A program made the position numbers and the translations under genes. The notes under the pieces are model-generated. The model saw only the letters and a list, made by a program, of their open reading frames with translations. It made no database searches and was not told the origin of the DNA. 17,065 nucleotides of DNA from Pseudomonadota bacterium (lineage in GTDB: Bacteria > Bdellovibrionota > FAC87 > UBA2466): positions 1-17,065 of the forward strand of contig JAYUGC010000028.1 in assembly GCA_043767805.1 (NCBI GenBank), given 5' to 3'. Of the stretch, positions 1 to 7,239 are shown one piece after another (positions within the stretch are counted from its first letter, which is position 1; the number at the start of each line of letters is the position of its first letter).

Positions 1-639
1 CTTGCCTTTGACTCTTTGCTCGCACTCGCTCCAGGTCGTGTGGCGCTTGGGGACACCGTCGAGCAAGCTGAGATATGAGTACGCTTTTGCCGACGAGGAT
101 TTCTTCTTGCCGCTTGCCTTGGCGAGGCGCGGGTCGGCGATGGCTTCGAGGGACACTTGGTAGTCACTCGCCTTTCCGTCGAACAAAACGAGGGCCGTAC
201 GCTTCGCGAAGCTCACCGCAATCTCGTCGCAGCGTTCGTTGCCAGGAATGCCGGAGTGCCCGCGCACATGGCACCATTCGATTTTCGAGGAGCGGGCTTT
301 AACGATCTGATCGAGGCGCTCCCAAAGATCGCGGTTCGCGACGTCGTCTCCCGCCATGGACTTCCAGCCGCGCCGCCGCCAGCCGTGGATCCATTCAGTG
401 ATGCCTTTGATGAGGTAACTCGAATCGGTATGCAGGAGCACTTTGCCGTCGAGCGAAGCCACGGCGGAGAGACTTGCCATCGCCGCTTGCATCTCCATGC
501 GGTTATTGGTCGTCTGCCGATCCCCTCCACCCAGCTCGCGTACGCGCCCATCGGTGGTGGCGACGATCGCGCCCCAGCCGCCTGGACCGGGGTTTCCGGT
601 GCAAGCGCCGTCGCAGTAAATGAGGATGGCATCTGGCAT
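1..639 (-). CDS. rnhA: Ribonuclease HI with C-terminal viroplasmin (Cauli_VI)/hybrid-binding-like domain; 3' end runs off the window
   Basis: Manual translation from ATG at 639-637: MPDAILIYCDGACTGNPGPGGWG...TTNNRMEM...LHTDSSYLIKGITEWIHGWRRRGWK...VANRDLWERL...WCHVRGHSGIPGNERCDEIA. All RNase HI catalytic D-E-D-H-D motifs are present. It ends ...AYSYLSLLDGVPKRHTTWSECEQRVKGK at the window edge. It is absent from the ORF track because there is no stop in the window. Confidence 0.96.
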   Translation of the reverse strand, partial: MPDAILIYCDGACTGNPGPGGWGAIVATTDGRVRELGGGDRQTTNNRMEMQAAMASLSAVASLDGKVLLHTDSSYLIKGITEWIHGWRRRGWKSMAGDDVANRDLWERLDQIVKARSSKIEWCHVRGHSGIPGNERCDEIAVSFAKRTALVLFDGKASDYQVSLEAIADPRLAKASGKKKSSSAKAYSYLSLLDGVPKRHTTWSECEQRVKGK

Positions 640-692
640 CGGGTAGTTTTCGCTCAATCCCGCGGAGAAGCCAAGCCTTACGCCATCGTGAC

Positions 693-870
693 TAAGACGC
701 GGATTGCGTCCGTGTATAACTCGAACGCCGACGTGGCCTCGCCGGTCACCGATTATAATACGGTCGCGGACGCGGCGGGTAAGTTCTGCGTGCTTGTCGC
801 CGTCGGAGTCTTTACAAGGGTGGGCGGGAAATCCGACCGGGACGTTTACGGCCGCGGCCGTTGCGTCTTA
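693..870 (+). other. Candidate structured intergenic element / possible ncRNA (unclassified)
   Basis: Nested pairings found by eye: 693-702 with 861-870, 706-714 with 847-855 (one mismatch), 728-737 with 796-806 (one bulge), 738-744 with 773-779, and apical ACCG-attataata-CGGT (748-764). The G-U pairs favour the + strand. No family recognised. Confidence 0.2.
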
Positions 871-951
871 AGATCTTGGTGCAATGCGGCTCGACGTTCG
901 CCGAAGGGGGCCGGAAGATAGCGCCATCTTCAACCTGGCTAAGGGGAACCC

Positions 952-1602
952 ATGAATCTCAAATCAGTCGTCCTACTTGCTTGCGTAGTATCGGCTTCGC
1001 TTTTCGGCGCCATTCAGAGTCTGACCGTGCCGTTTCAGTCGACACCCTCTCGGGCGGCGATTGAGCTGAAGAACGACGGCTTCGTCGATTCCGGCGCGCC
1101 CGTGTACCTACAGCAGGGATTCATCACCGGCGAGATGGCCGGCGTCTGGCTAAAAGTGCCGACGACGGTGACGGCGTTTAAGGTGGATTACTTCCGCGTC
1201 CTGGTTTCCGGCGCGCGCCGCTCGACGCCGGCGACCCGGCTGCAAGCGTTTTTCAGCATGGGCATTTCCACTGGCGGAACGTACTCGCCGGCCATTCCGC
1301 GCGGCATCGAGAACGCGGTGAACGTAACGCCTGGCCATTATTGGAACGACATCCCGGCGCAGGACGCGAACAACCACAAGCTCCCGTGCGCGTATCCCGG
1401 TGATTTGATCGGCGGAGCGCTCGAGTTCACGCACGATGGTCTGCCTTCCGTGGGCCGCGACAACGACGGCATGAGCAACCCCCTCGCCAATACGCTTTTC
1501 GCGATTCCGGGCGGATGGACGTACTCGGCGGAACTGGGTCTCGAGGGCGACTGGATTCTCCGTATCATCGGTCACGAAGTCCCCGTAGCCGAATGTCAGT
1601 AG
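952..1602 (+). CDS. Secreted hypothetical protein (216 aa)
   Basis: AAGGGG SD-like sequence before ATG; hydrophobic signal peptide (MNLKSVVLLACVVSASLFG); GC3-biased codons; no catalytic motif recognised. Confidence 0.85.
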   Translation: MNLKSVVLLACVVSASLFGAIQSLTVPFQSTPSRAAIELKNDGFVDSGAPVYLQQGFITGEMAGVWLKVPTTVTAFKVDYFRVLVSGARRSTPATRLQAFFSMGISTGGTYSPAIPRGIENAVNVTPGHYWNDIPAQDANNHKLPCAYPGDLIGGALEFTHDGLPSVGRDNDGMSNPLANTLFAIPGGWTYSAELGLEGDWILRIIGHEVPVAECQ

Positions 1603-1795
1603 GCTGTTCTCGGCGGCCTCAGTGCTAAGTGGGGAGGGGCTAACCCCTATTAAATATTGATCTTTACTCCGAGGGGTTTGGCCCGCGTCGAGGGAACTCC
1701 GCCCGCCTTCTCGTTTCGTGACGCTACGTGTAAAAAGGTAGAGATCTCTCAAAAAGATGTGCTAGAAACCCTCCTTTATAGGGAGGAACCGTTTC

Positions 1796-2308
1796 GTGAA
1801 AAATCTAATTCTTGGTCTGACTTTGTTATTGGGTATCGGATTCGCGGCTCCGAAGGCGGAAGCGAATTACTTCTACTATTCGGGCGTTGGCGCTTACTAC
1901 ACTGGTTGGGGCTGGTACCCGACGTACAACTTCGGCATCTATCCGTATGACGTCTACGGCTATTCTTACTATCCGTACTACCGCTACCGGTACACGCGTC
2001 CGCTTCCGTACGCCGCGATTTCGTATTCGAAATCGACTGGCAAAACGGGCTTCAGCTTCGGCACCTCGTCGCAAGCGGATGCCACGTCGGGCGCCAACAC
2101 CTATTGCGGGCAGCCTGATTGCGCTCCGGTGGTGTGGGTTCAGGGCGGTTGCGCGGCGGTAGCGACGGACGCGAACCATTCGCGCCTCGGTTGGGGCTAC
2201 CATCGTTCTAAGCAAACGGCTCGCAGCAAAGCGATGATCGCGTGTCGTCGCAGCGGAACCGACAAAGCGAAATGCACGATTGCCGCCTCCGTCTGCTCGG
2301 GTGACTAA
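1796..2308 (+). CDS. Secreted DUF4189-domain protein with Tyr-rich N-terminal region
   Basis: GGAGG SD at 1782-1786, GTG start, signal peptide ending AEA. The C-terminal ~100 aa match the DUF4189 pattern (YAAISYS..TG..GFS......A...A...C....C......GGCAAVA...GWGY..SK..A...A...C......C.I..SVCS). Confidence 0.88.
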   Translation: MKNLILGLTLLLGIGFAAPKAEANYFYYSGVGAYYTGWGWYPTYNFGIYPYDVYGYSYYPYYRYRYTRPLPYAAISYSKSTGKTGFSFGTSSQADATSGANTYCGQPDCAPVVWVQGGCAAVATDANHSRLGWGYHRSKQTARSKAMIACRRSGTDKAKCTIAASVCSGD

Positions 2309-2321
2309 GATCCATTTGGAG

Positions 2322-2357
2322 GGGGCCTAGTCCTTGCGGACTAGGCTCCTTTTTTTT
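2322..2357 (+). terminator. Rho-independent terminator of the DUF4189 gene
   Basis: Stem GGGGCCTAGTCC / GGACTAGGCTCC (12 bp, one G-U), loop TTGC, followed by T8; it begins 13 nt after the stop. Confidence 0.93.
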
Positions 2358-2498
2358 GGCTCGGGAGGCCGCCGCCAGCTTCCTGACAAGCCCTCACACT
2401 TCCGAACGGAGTGCGCCGTATTCGCAAAGTGCTCGCGTGGCTAGAATACGCCGCTGACGGGGCACGACTCCTGCAGACTGTTGAGCGGGGGTTTAGGC

Positions 2499-4328
2499 AT
2501 GGGAAAAAGGGCATTCTCGAGCGTTTTAAAGATGGGGTTTATCCTAGCCTTTTTTCTGCTCGCTCCCCTTGCGTTCAGCGGAACGCTTCCCGCCGCAATC
2601 CAAGCGCAGATCGATCGGGCCCATGCGTCGGGAACCCAAGGCCTCGATTCCTGGGTGCGCGTCTCGGATCTGGGGGCTTATCAAACTCTCAGTACGCTTC
2701 AGATGAAAGATTTGGGGGGCGGCGATTTTCCCATCGAAGTTTCGCTCGAAGGAAACGTCATCGCGCGCGTCGCTCGGGAGCCTCTCGGTGAGGGGAGCTA
2801 CATGAAGGCTTATCTCACTAGCCGCGGCACCGCGCTGAAAATCGTGAAGGAAGCAAAAAACGCGCGTAAGAATCTTCTCCTCGCGTGGGTGGATCCCATC
2901 CTGGGCGAGTACGAAATCGAGCGCGCCAAAGTGCTTCAATGTCATCCCACCGGTGTGACCGTGGAGCAGGAATATGTGCCCGGCCGCTCTCTCTGGGATC
3001 GCTATTCGGTGACGGGAGCGACTCCACCCGAAGCGGTCACCGCTCAGGTGCTGGATACTTGGAAGAAGGCGCTTCGCCTCGCGAAGGAGAAAAACATCTG
3101 GCTCGACTTCGTTCCCGAAAACCATCAGCTGCGCCGGGACGGGCGCATGACCAACGTGGACTATTCTCCGCGTAGCTCGCCGTCTTATTACAGCAGTCTC
3201 ATGATGACTTCCCAGGAGGCCTATTCTCCGGAGCAGTTTCTGAAGGTTTTCTTCAACTCCGTGAACCGATCCTTCTTTTTCAATTTAGCCGAGCGCGGAA
3301 ACATGAGCTTTCGAGACGCCGATCGGCAATCCATGGCCCACCTCGACGGCGGAGAAACGTTTCCTCTGGAGAATTTGAGCGAGCATTCCTTTTTGAAGTA
3401 CTTCAATGCGCTGCTGACTTCCGAGGAGCAAATCGATCGCCGCCTCCTGACTCACTTCACGGAACCCTTCGTACGCACTCGTTTGCAAACCGAGCTCTCC
3501 GCCGCGGGAAAAACGGGCACCAATCCCATGGCTTTCTACGAAGGCGAAGGCTTCCAGAAGTATCTCTCCTCGGCGGAGCACTTGTCGGAGCGATTGGGAA
3601 AGACCGTCGACACGTTAGGGGTGCCGAAAAAGGACGTTCAGGTTTTCGTCGTGGGCTGGGGGCTAGAGGGCCTCTACAACTACATGAAGCTAAAAGGCGG
3701 GGGAGGCCTTGGGACCGATCAAGTCGGTATTTTGAGACTGTCGCGGTCCGTATTGCCGGACGCCGCCATGGACTCCGGCGTGGATTTCACCGTCGCCTTT
3801 CAGCGCTACCTCGCTTCCGAAGTCGAAGGCGCCTTGAAGGCGGGGAAGACCCTCGTTTTTGTCGATTCCATCAACTCCGGCGTGACCTTGGGAGCCGCGG
3901 CTCGCGAAGGAGAACGGCTTGCCTCTCAGCTCGGGCTCCGTGGCCGAGTCCATGCCGTCGGTTTCTTGGAGTCCGAGGATCAAAGACCGCGGGTGGAGCA
4001 GGAGGGAAATATCAAGCTGACCGCCGAACCAGAGGGGATTGCCTCGCTCGTGAATAACCCGTTCCCAGTGACCGAAATCGCAGGGGTAGATCGGGAGCGC
4101 GTGATGAAAGATCTGATGAACGATCACATCCCCCGTCTTTTCCCGGGCCGTTATACCCATTATGTGGCGGGCCGGCCTTCGAGCGACGGTCCTTGGGACC
4201 CCCGCTTTTCCGCGGCCGATCGCCAGGATTTCTTGCTGCAAAGACTCCAAGCCTTCTATCTGTATCGTCGCATCTTGGACGCCACTAGGCCGCCCTGCCG
4301 TTTTCGGGAGCTCGCCTCGGCGCTCTAG
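2499..4328 (+). CDS. Secreted protein with N-terminal protein-kinase-like domain and C-terminal PRTase-fold-like domain (~609 aa)
   Basis: Signal peptide (MGFILAFFLLAPLAFS-G). Kinase-like motifs in the correct order: LGEGSYMKAY, ALKIVK, EQEYVPG, WLDFVPEN, NVDY. C-terminal half has LVFVDSINSGVTL, resembling a PRPP-binding loop. Start could be 2499 or 2532. The CDS is well supported; the domain calls are moderate. Confidence 0.75.
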   Translation: MGKRAFSSVLKMGFILAFFLLAPLAFSGTLPAAIQAQIDRAHASGTQGLDSWVRVSDLGAYQTLSTLQMKDLGGGDFPIEVSLEGNVIARVAREPLGEGSYMKAYLTSRGTALKIVKEAKNARKNLLLAWVDPILGEYEIERAKVLQCHPTGVTVEQEYVPGRSLWDRYSVTGATPPEAVTAQVLDTWKKALRLAKEKNIWLDFVPENHQLRRDGRMTNVDYSPRSSPSYYSSLMMTSQEAYSPEQFLKVFFNSVNRSFFFNLAERGNMSFRDADRQSMAHLDGGETFPLENLSEHSFLKYFNALLTSEEQIDRRLLTHFTEPFVRTRLQTELSAAGKTGTNPMAFYEGEGFQKYLSSAEHLSERLGKTVDTLGVPKKDVQVFVVGWGLEGLYNYMKLKGGGGLGTDQVGILRLSRSVLPDAAMDSGVDFTVAFQRYLASEVEGALKAGKTLVFVDSINSGVTLGAAAREGERLASQLGLRGRVHAVGFLESEDQRPRVEQEGNIKLTAEPEGIASLVNNPFPVTEIAGVDRERVMKDLMNDHIPRLFPGRYTHYVAGRPSSDGPWDPRFSAADRQDFLLQRLQAFYLYRRILDATRPPCRFRELASAL

Positions 4329-4763
4329 TCAGCGGTTGTCGACGGTCAGCTGGAGCGCCGCTAGGTCGTTGTCGACGCCCTGAGAGAGCTGAAACACCGT
4401 CGGCCGGACGTTTTGCGTGTCCTGATGGATCCAGGTAGTCGACGAATGGCTCGTGGGATGGGACGGATCGGTGAAATCAGTTACCCAATAGAGGATCTCA
4501 TAAGCACTGAGCCCAAGCCGCGTTTTCGGATAGTAAGCAATCGCCAGATGAACGCGGTAATTGCGGGTCTTTCGAGTCACGGGACAAGCGACGGTGTAAT
4601 CGTAGGGAAGGTTCGCGTCCTTCTGATACGTGCAGTCCCACTTTTGATAGGGCTGGCCCATGCTCTGAAAGACGAATTGCATGGGCTGCGATCGTCCCAC
4701 CGCCTCCGCGGGAGAAAAACCCAAAGTAAAAATAACACCTAGCGCTACCAAAAACGATCTCAT
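4329..4763 (-). CDS. Small secreted hypothetical protein (144 aa)
   Basis: GGAGG SD (CCTCC at 4770-4774), signal peptide ending AEA, two Cys; its stop abuts the convergent gene's stop. Confidence 0.85.
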   Translation of the reverse strand: MRSFLVALGVIFTLGFSPAEAVGRSQPMQFVFQSMGQPYQKWDCTYQKDANLPYDYTVACPVTRKTRNYRVHLAIAYYPKTRLGLSAYEILYWVTDFTDPSHPTSHSSTTWIHQDTQNVRPTVFQLSQGVDNDLAALQLTVDNR

Positions 4764-4783
4764 GCCTAGCCTCCGTTGCCGCG

Positions 4784-4813
4784 ACTATAGAGACGAGTAG
4801 GGGACAATGGCAA
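4784..4813 (-). promoter_or_regulatory. Putative sigma70 promoter for 4329-4763
   Basis: Minus strand TTGCCA-18 nt-TATAGT, ending 20 nt upstream of the ATG. Confidence 0.55.
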
Positions 4814-4840
4814 TCGATCCGAGCGATGCGAAAGACGAGC

Positions 4841-5734
4841 TTAGTCCGCGAGCTCTTTTTTGAGCCACTCTTGAACCGGCTTCCGATCGAGCCGTGAGTA
4901 CGCGTTGGATAGGACGAGCGTAATGGGAGTGAAGAAGCCGCCGTCGTAACCCGTGGCTAACGTCGAGAGCACTCCGTACGTAGCGTAGGTGCCGTCGTCT
5001 TGTTTCTTCAAGAGAGGTCCACCGGAATCACCAGGGAGCGCCGCGCTCTCGTCCTTCGTCCCCTCGTAATAATCGGTGTGATAGAAGAAATCGGTGAGCT
5101 CGGCGACGGTTCCGTAACCATCGTTCAAATTTCCCGTTATGCCGGGATGGTAGAACTTGAAGGGACCGAACTTCGAATAGCTTCCGAAACTCTCCAGTCC
5201 ATAACCCGCCAGAATGAGTCTGGTGTCGCCTTCTTTCAGGGTATCCTTACTGATTTTCAGCGTAGGCAAGGAGAGGAGCTGAACCTTTTGTCTGCCGGAG
5301 AGCTTGATGATCGCGAGATCGGGAATACGATTGATCTCGCCTTTGCCACTGAAGCCTCCCAGCGTCTGGAGCTCTTCCATCTCGGGAACGGAAATCTTGT
5401 AATTGGTCAGAGGGCCGATGGGCGCTTTCAAGGACGGCGATGAAACCGTGATGGAGGGAATCTTCTCGCCTTTTTTCGTTTCAAGAACCGCTCTAACGCA
5501 ATGAAACGCGGTCAGCAAAATACCGTTGCCCACGTGGCTGGAGGAGCAGAGCATTTTGCCCACGTTGATCTTGACCACGGGAGAGAGAAGTTTCTCTAGC
5601 TGTTTAGTGCGCTTGTTCGCGTTGAAAACAAGGCGGCCCTGCGGCACGCCTACCGAATGGGAGTAGTCGGGCTGCTTCGCACAACCCACGACCACGAACG
5701 AAAACGCCAAAAGCAAACGAGCGGTATTTTTCAA
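4841..5734 (-). CDS. Trypsin-like (S1) serine protease, lipoprotein
   Basis: Catalytic triad motifs LLTAFHC, PDLAII and GDSGGPL; lipoprotein signal with VVVG-C lipobox; TTG start. Confidence 0.93.
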   Translation of the reverse strand: MKNTARLLLAFSFVVVGCAKQPDYSHSVGVPQGRLVFNANKRTKQLEKLLSPVVKINVGKMLCSSSHVGNGILLTAFHCVRAVLETKKGEKIPSITVSSPSLKAPIGPLTNYKISVPEMEELQTLGGFSGKGEINRIPDLAIIKLSGRQKVQLLSLPTLKISKDTLKEGDTRLILAGYGLESFGSYSKFGPFKFYHPGITGNLNDGYGTVAELTDFFYHTDYYEGTKDESAALPGDSGGPLLKKQDDGTYATYGVLSTLATGYDGGFFTPITLVLSNAYSRLDRKPVQEWLKKELAD

Positions 5735-5768
5735 AATCTAACCCCTGTTACCTGTTTAGTGCCCTTCA

Positions 5769-5797
5769 GTTATGATGAACGCAACGCGTCGAGTCAA
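5769..5797 (-). promoter_or_regulatory. Putative sigma70 promoter for the protease gene
   Basis: Minus strand TTGACT-17 nt-CATAAC, ending 34 nt upstream of the start. Confidence 0.5.
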
Positions 5798-5936
5798 ATC
5801 CCTACTCGGAAAACTGCGTTAAGTGCCTAACATCATCGGAAATATTTCTTCAATTTTCCGTTTAAAATGAACCGAAAAGAGCACAATTTTTACTCCGGCT
5901 AGCGATTTTTCGCTTCCCTCCCGCACGTACACTTAG

Positions 5937-6212
5937 GTGAGCTGCCTTCCCGATTTCCTGGCGACTCCCGACGCGCACGGGATCGTGACTCTCGTGGTGG
6001 GGACCGGCGCGAAGGTCAAGGCCGCGGCGCTCGCGAACGGCTTTAACTTCCTCGAGGACACTCGCCGGCCGAACCAGCGAGTGCTGGGCGTCCTCTATCG
6101 CATCGTGCTTCCCAATAGCGATTTCGAAGAGACTTCGCTTTATAAGGGAGAGTACCGACCCGTCTTCGTCAAATGCTCGCGAGCGGAGTTCCTCGACGCG
6201 AAATGCGACTAG
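5937..6212 (+). pseudogene. Coding fragment (91 aa), probably the C-terminal remnant of a larger gene
   Basis: Strong GC3 codon bias; its stop overlaps the lipase stop in a shared CTAG (6209-6212). There is an in-frame TAG immediately before the GTG, no clear SD and no signal peptide. Confidence 0.45.
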
Positions 6213-7048
6213 TAGCCCATTTGCCCGAGCTCCGTAGCTACCTGAGAGTAGAACCGTCGGAAGTCGAAAGGCCGAAAGCCTTTCGGCAGAGCCGCGCCGA
6301 TTTCTGAAAGATGATCCGCGGGAAGGGCGCCTCGGTAGCGCCCCCACTTCGCGCAGGCCGTGGGGACCAGCCCGTCGTTAGGGCCTTCCGAGCTCACGCG
6401 GCGGTAGAGCGGCAGCATCACTGGGCGCACGCGATCGGATTGCCAAGAACCAGGAGAGGCCATGCCTGCGTAAGATTGGTAGTAGACGCGTGCATCGTCG
6501 GGATTTTTCGGATTGAACTGCTCGCGGACGTAGGCGCGAGTCAGGTTCTGGAGGGCAGCCTCCAGATCCACTGTCTCGGGATCGGTAGAGTCGTTGATGA
6601 GCGTCGCTATCCACCCGAAGAGCTGCATCGCCTTTTCCGGAAGGACCGCGAGAAAAATCTCGGCGGCGGAAGTGCCGTAGTGAGGCGTGGCCACGGTGGT
6701 GAGCGAGGCCACGCGGTCGCCGTACGCGAGAGTGGAAATCAGATAGCGCGCGTCTAGCCCTCCCATCGAATGGGCGATGAGGTTTACCTTTTTCGCTCCC
6801 GTGCGTTTGAGAACCGCGTCGATTTGCGGCGCGAGCTGCTCGGCCCGGGTGGCGATGGAGTTCGCGGCCGAGACTTCGGTGAGCTCGACGGGGCAGCCGG
6901 CCTTCTCCACCGCGCGGGCGAGTTGCCGTAACGACAGTAGATTCCCGCTCGCGTAGATACCATGGGCAAAAACGACGGGATACTTCGTATAACAGCGGGC
7001 CGCGAAGACTTGGGCGGGAAACAGGAGAAGGAAAAGGAAGGGCTTCAT
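6209..7048 (-). CDS. Secreted triacylglycerol lipase / esterase (alpha/beta hydrolase, family I-like)
   Basis: Signal peptide; YPVVFAHG oxyanion motif; nucleophile elbow AHSMGGLDARY; TTVATPHYGT; NDGLV (Asp); DHL (His). Confidence 0.94.
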   Translation of the reverse strand: MKPFLFLLLFPAQVFAARCYTKYPVVFAHGIYASGNLLSLRQLARAVEKAGCPVELTEVSAANSIATRAEQLAPQIDAVLKRTGAKKVNLIAHSMGGLDARYLISTLAYGDRVASLTTVATPHYGTSAAEIFLAVLPEKAMQLFGWIATLINDSTDPETVDLEAALQNLTRAYVREQFNPKNPDDARVYYQSYAGMASPGSWQSDRVRPVMLPLYRRVSSEGPNDGLVPTACAKWGRYRGALPADHLSEIGAALPKGFRPFDFRRFYSQVATELGQMGY

Positions 7049-7121
7049 ATTATATTGATCGGTGCTTTGAAGGCGATTCCTGAGGGAACTCTAAAAGAGC
7101 GCCCACAGTAAATCTTAACCC

Positions 7122-7142
7122 AAAAGGTGTCTGGATACTTTT
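7122..7142. repeat. REP-like imperfect palindrome, copy 1
   Basis: AAAAGGTGTCTGGATACTTTT, followed by AGCT; similar to copy 2. Confidence 0.55.
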
Positions 7143-7215
7143 AGCTTTCTGGCGAACGTCGCGTCAGCGAAAGGGCTGGCGACTGTTCCGAGTCGGACGA
7201 AAGATTTCTCAAAGT

Positions 7216-7237
7216 AAAAGGTAGCCTGGTACCTTTT
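7216..7237. repeat. REP-like palindrome, copy 2 (may also terminate the acylase transcript)
   Basis: AAAAGGTA-GCCTGG-TACCTTTT, a perfect 8-bp inverted repeat followed by AGCT, 2 nt from the acylase stop. Confidence 0.65.
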
Positions 7238-7239
7238 AG

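Noticed and set aside
157..921. 254-aa + strand ORF (also 75-302 + and 213-632 -)
   Set aside because: Antisense or off-frame shadows of rnhA, which has complete catalytic motifs in another frame.
640..951. Retron msr-msd or c-di-GMP riboswitch interpretation of the structured region beside rnhA
   Set aside because: No reverse transcriptase in the window. Only a GGACGCAA-like fragment is present, without the rest of the riboswitch consensus.
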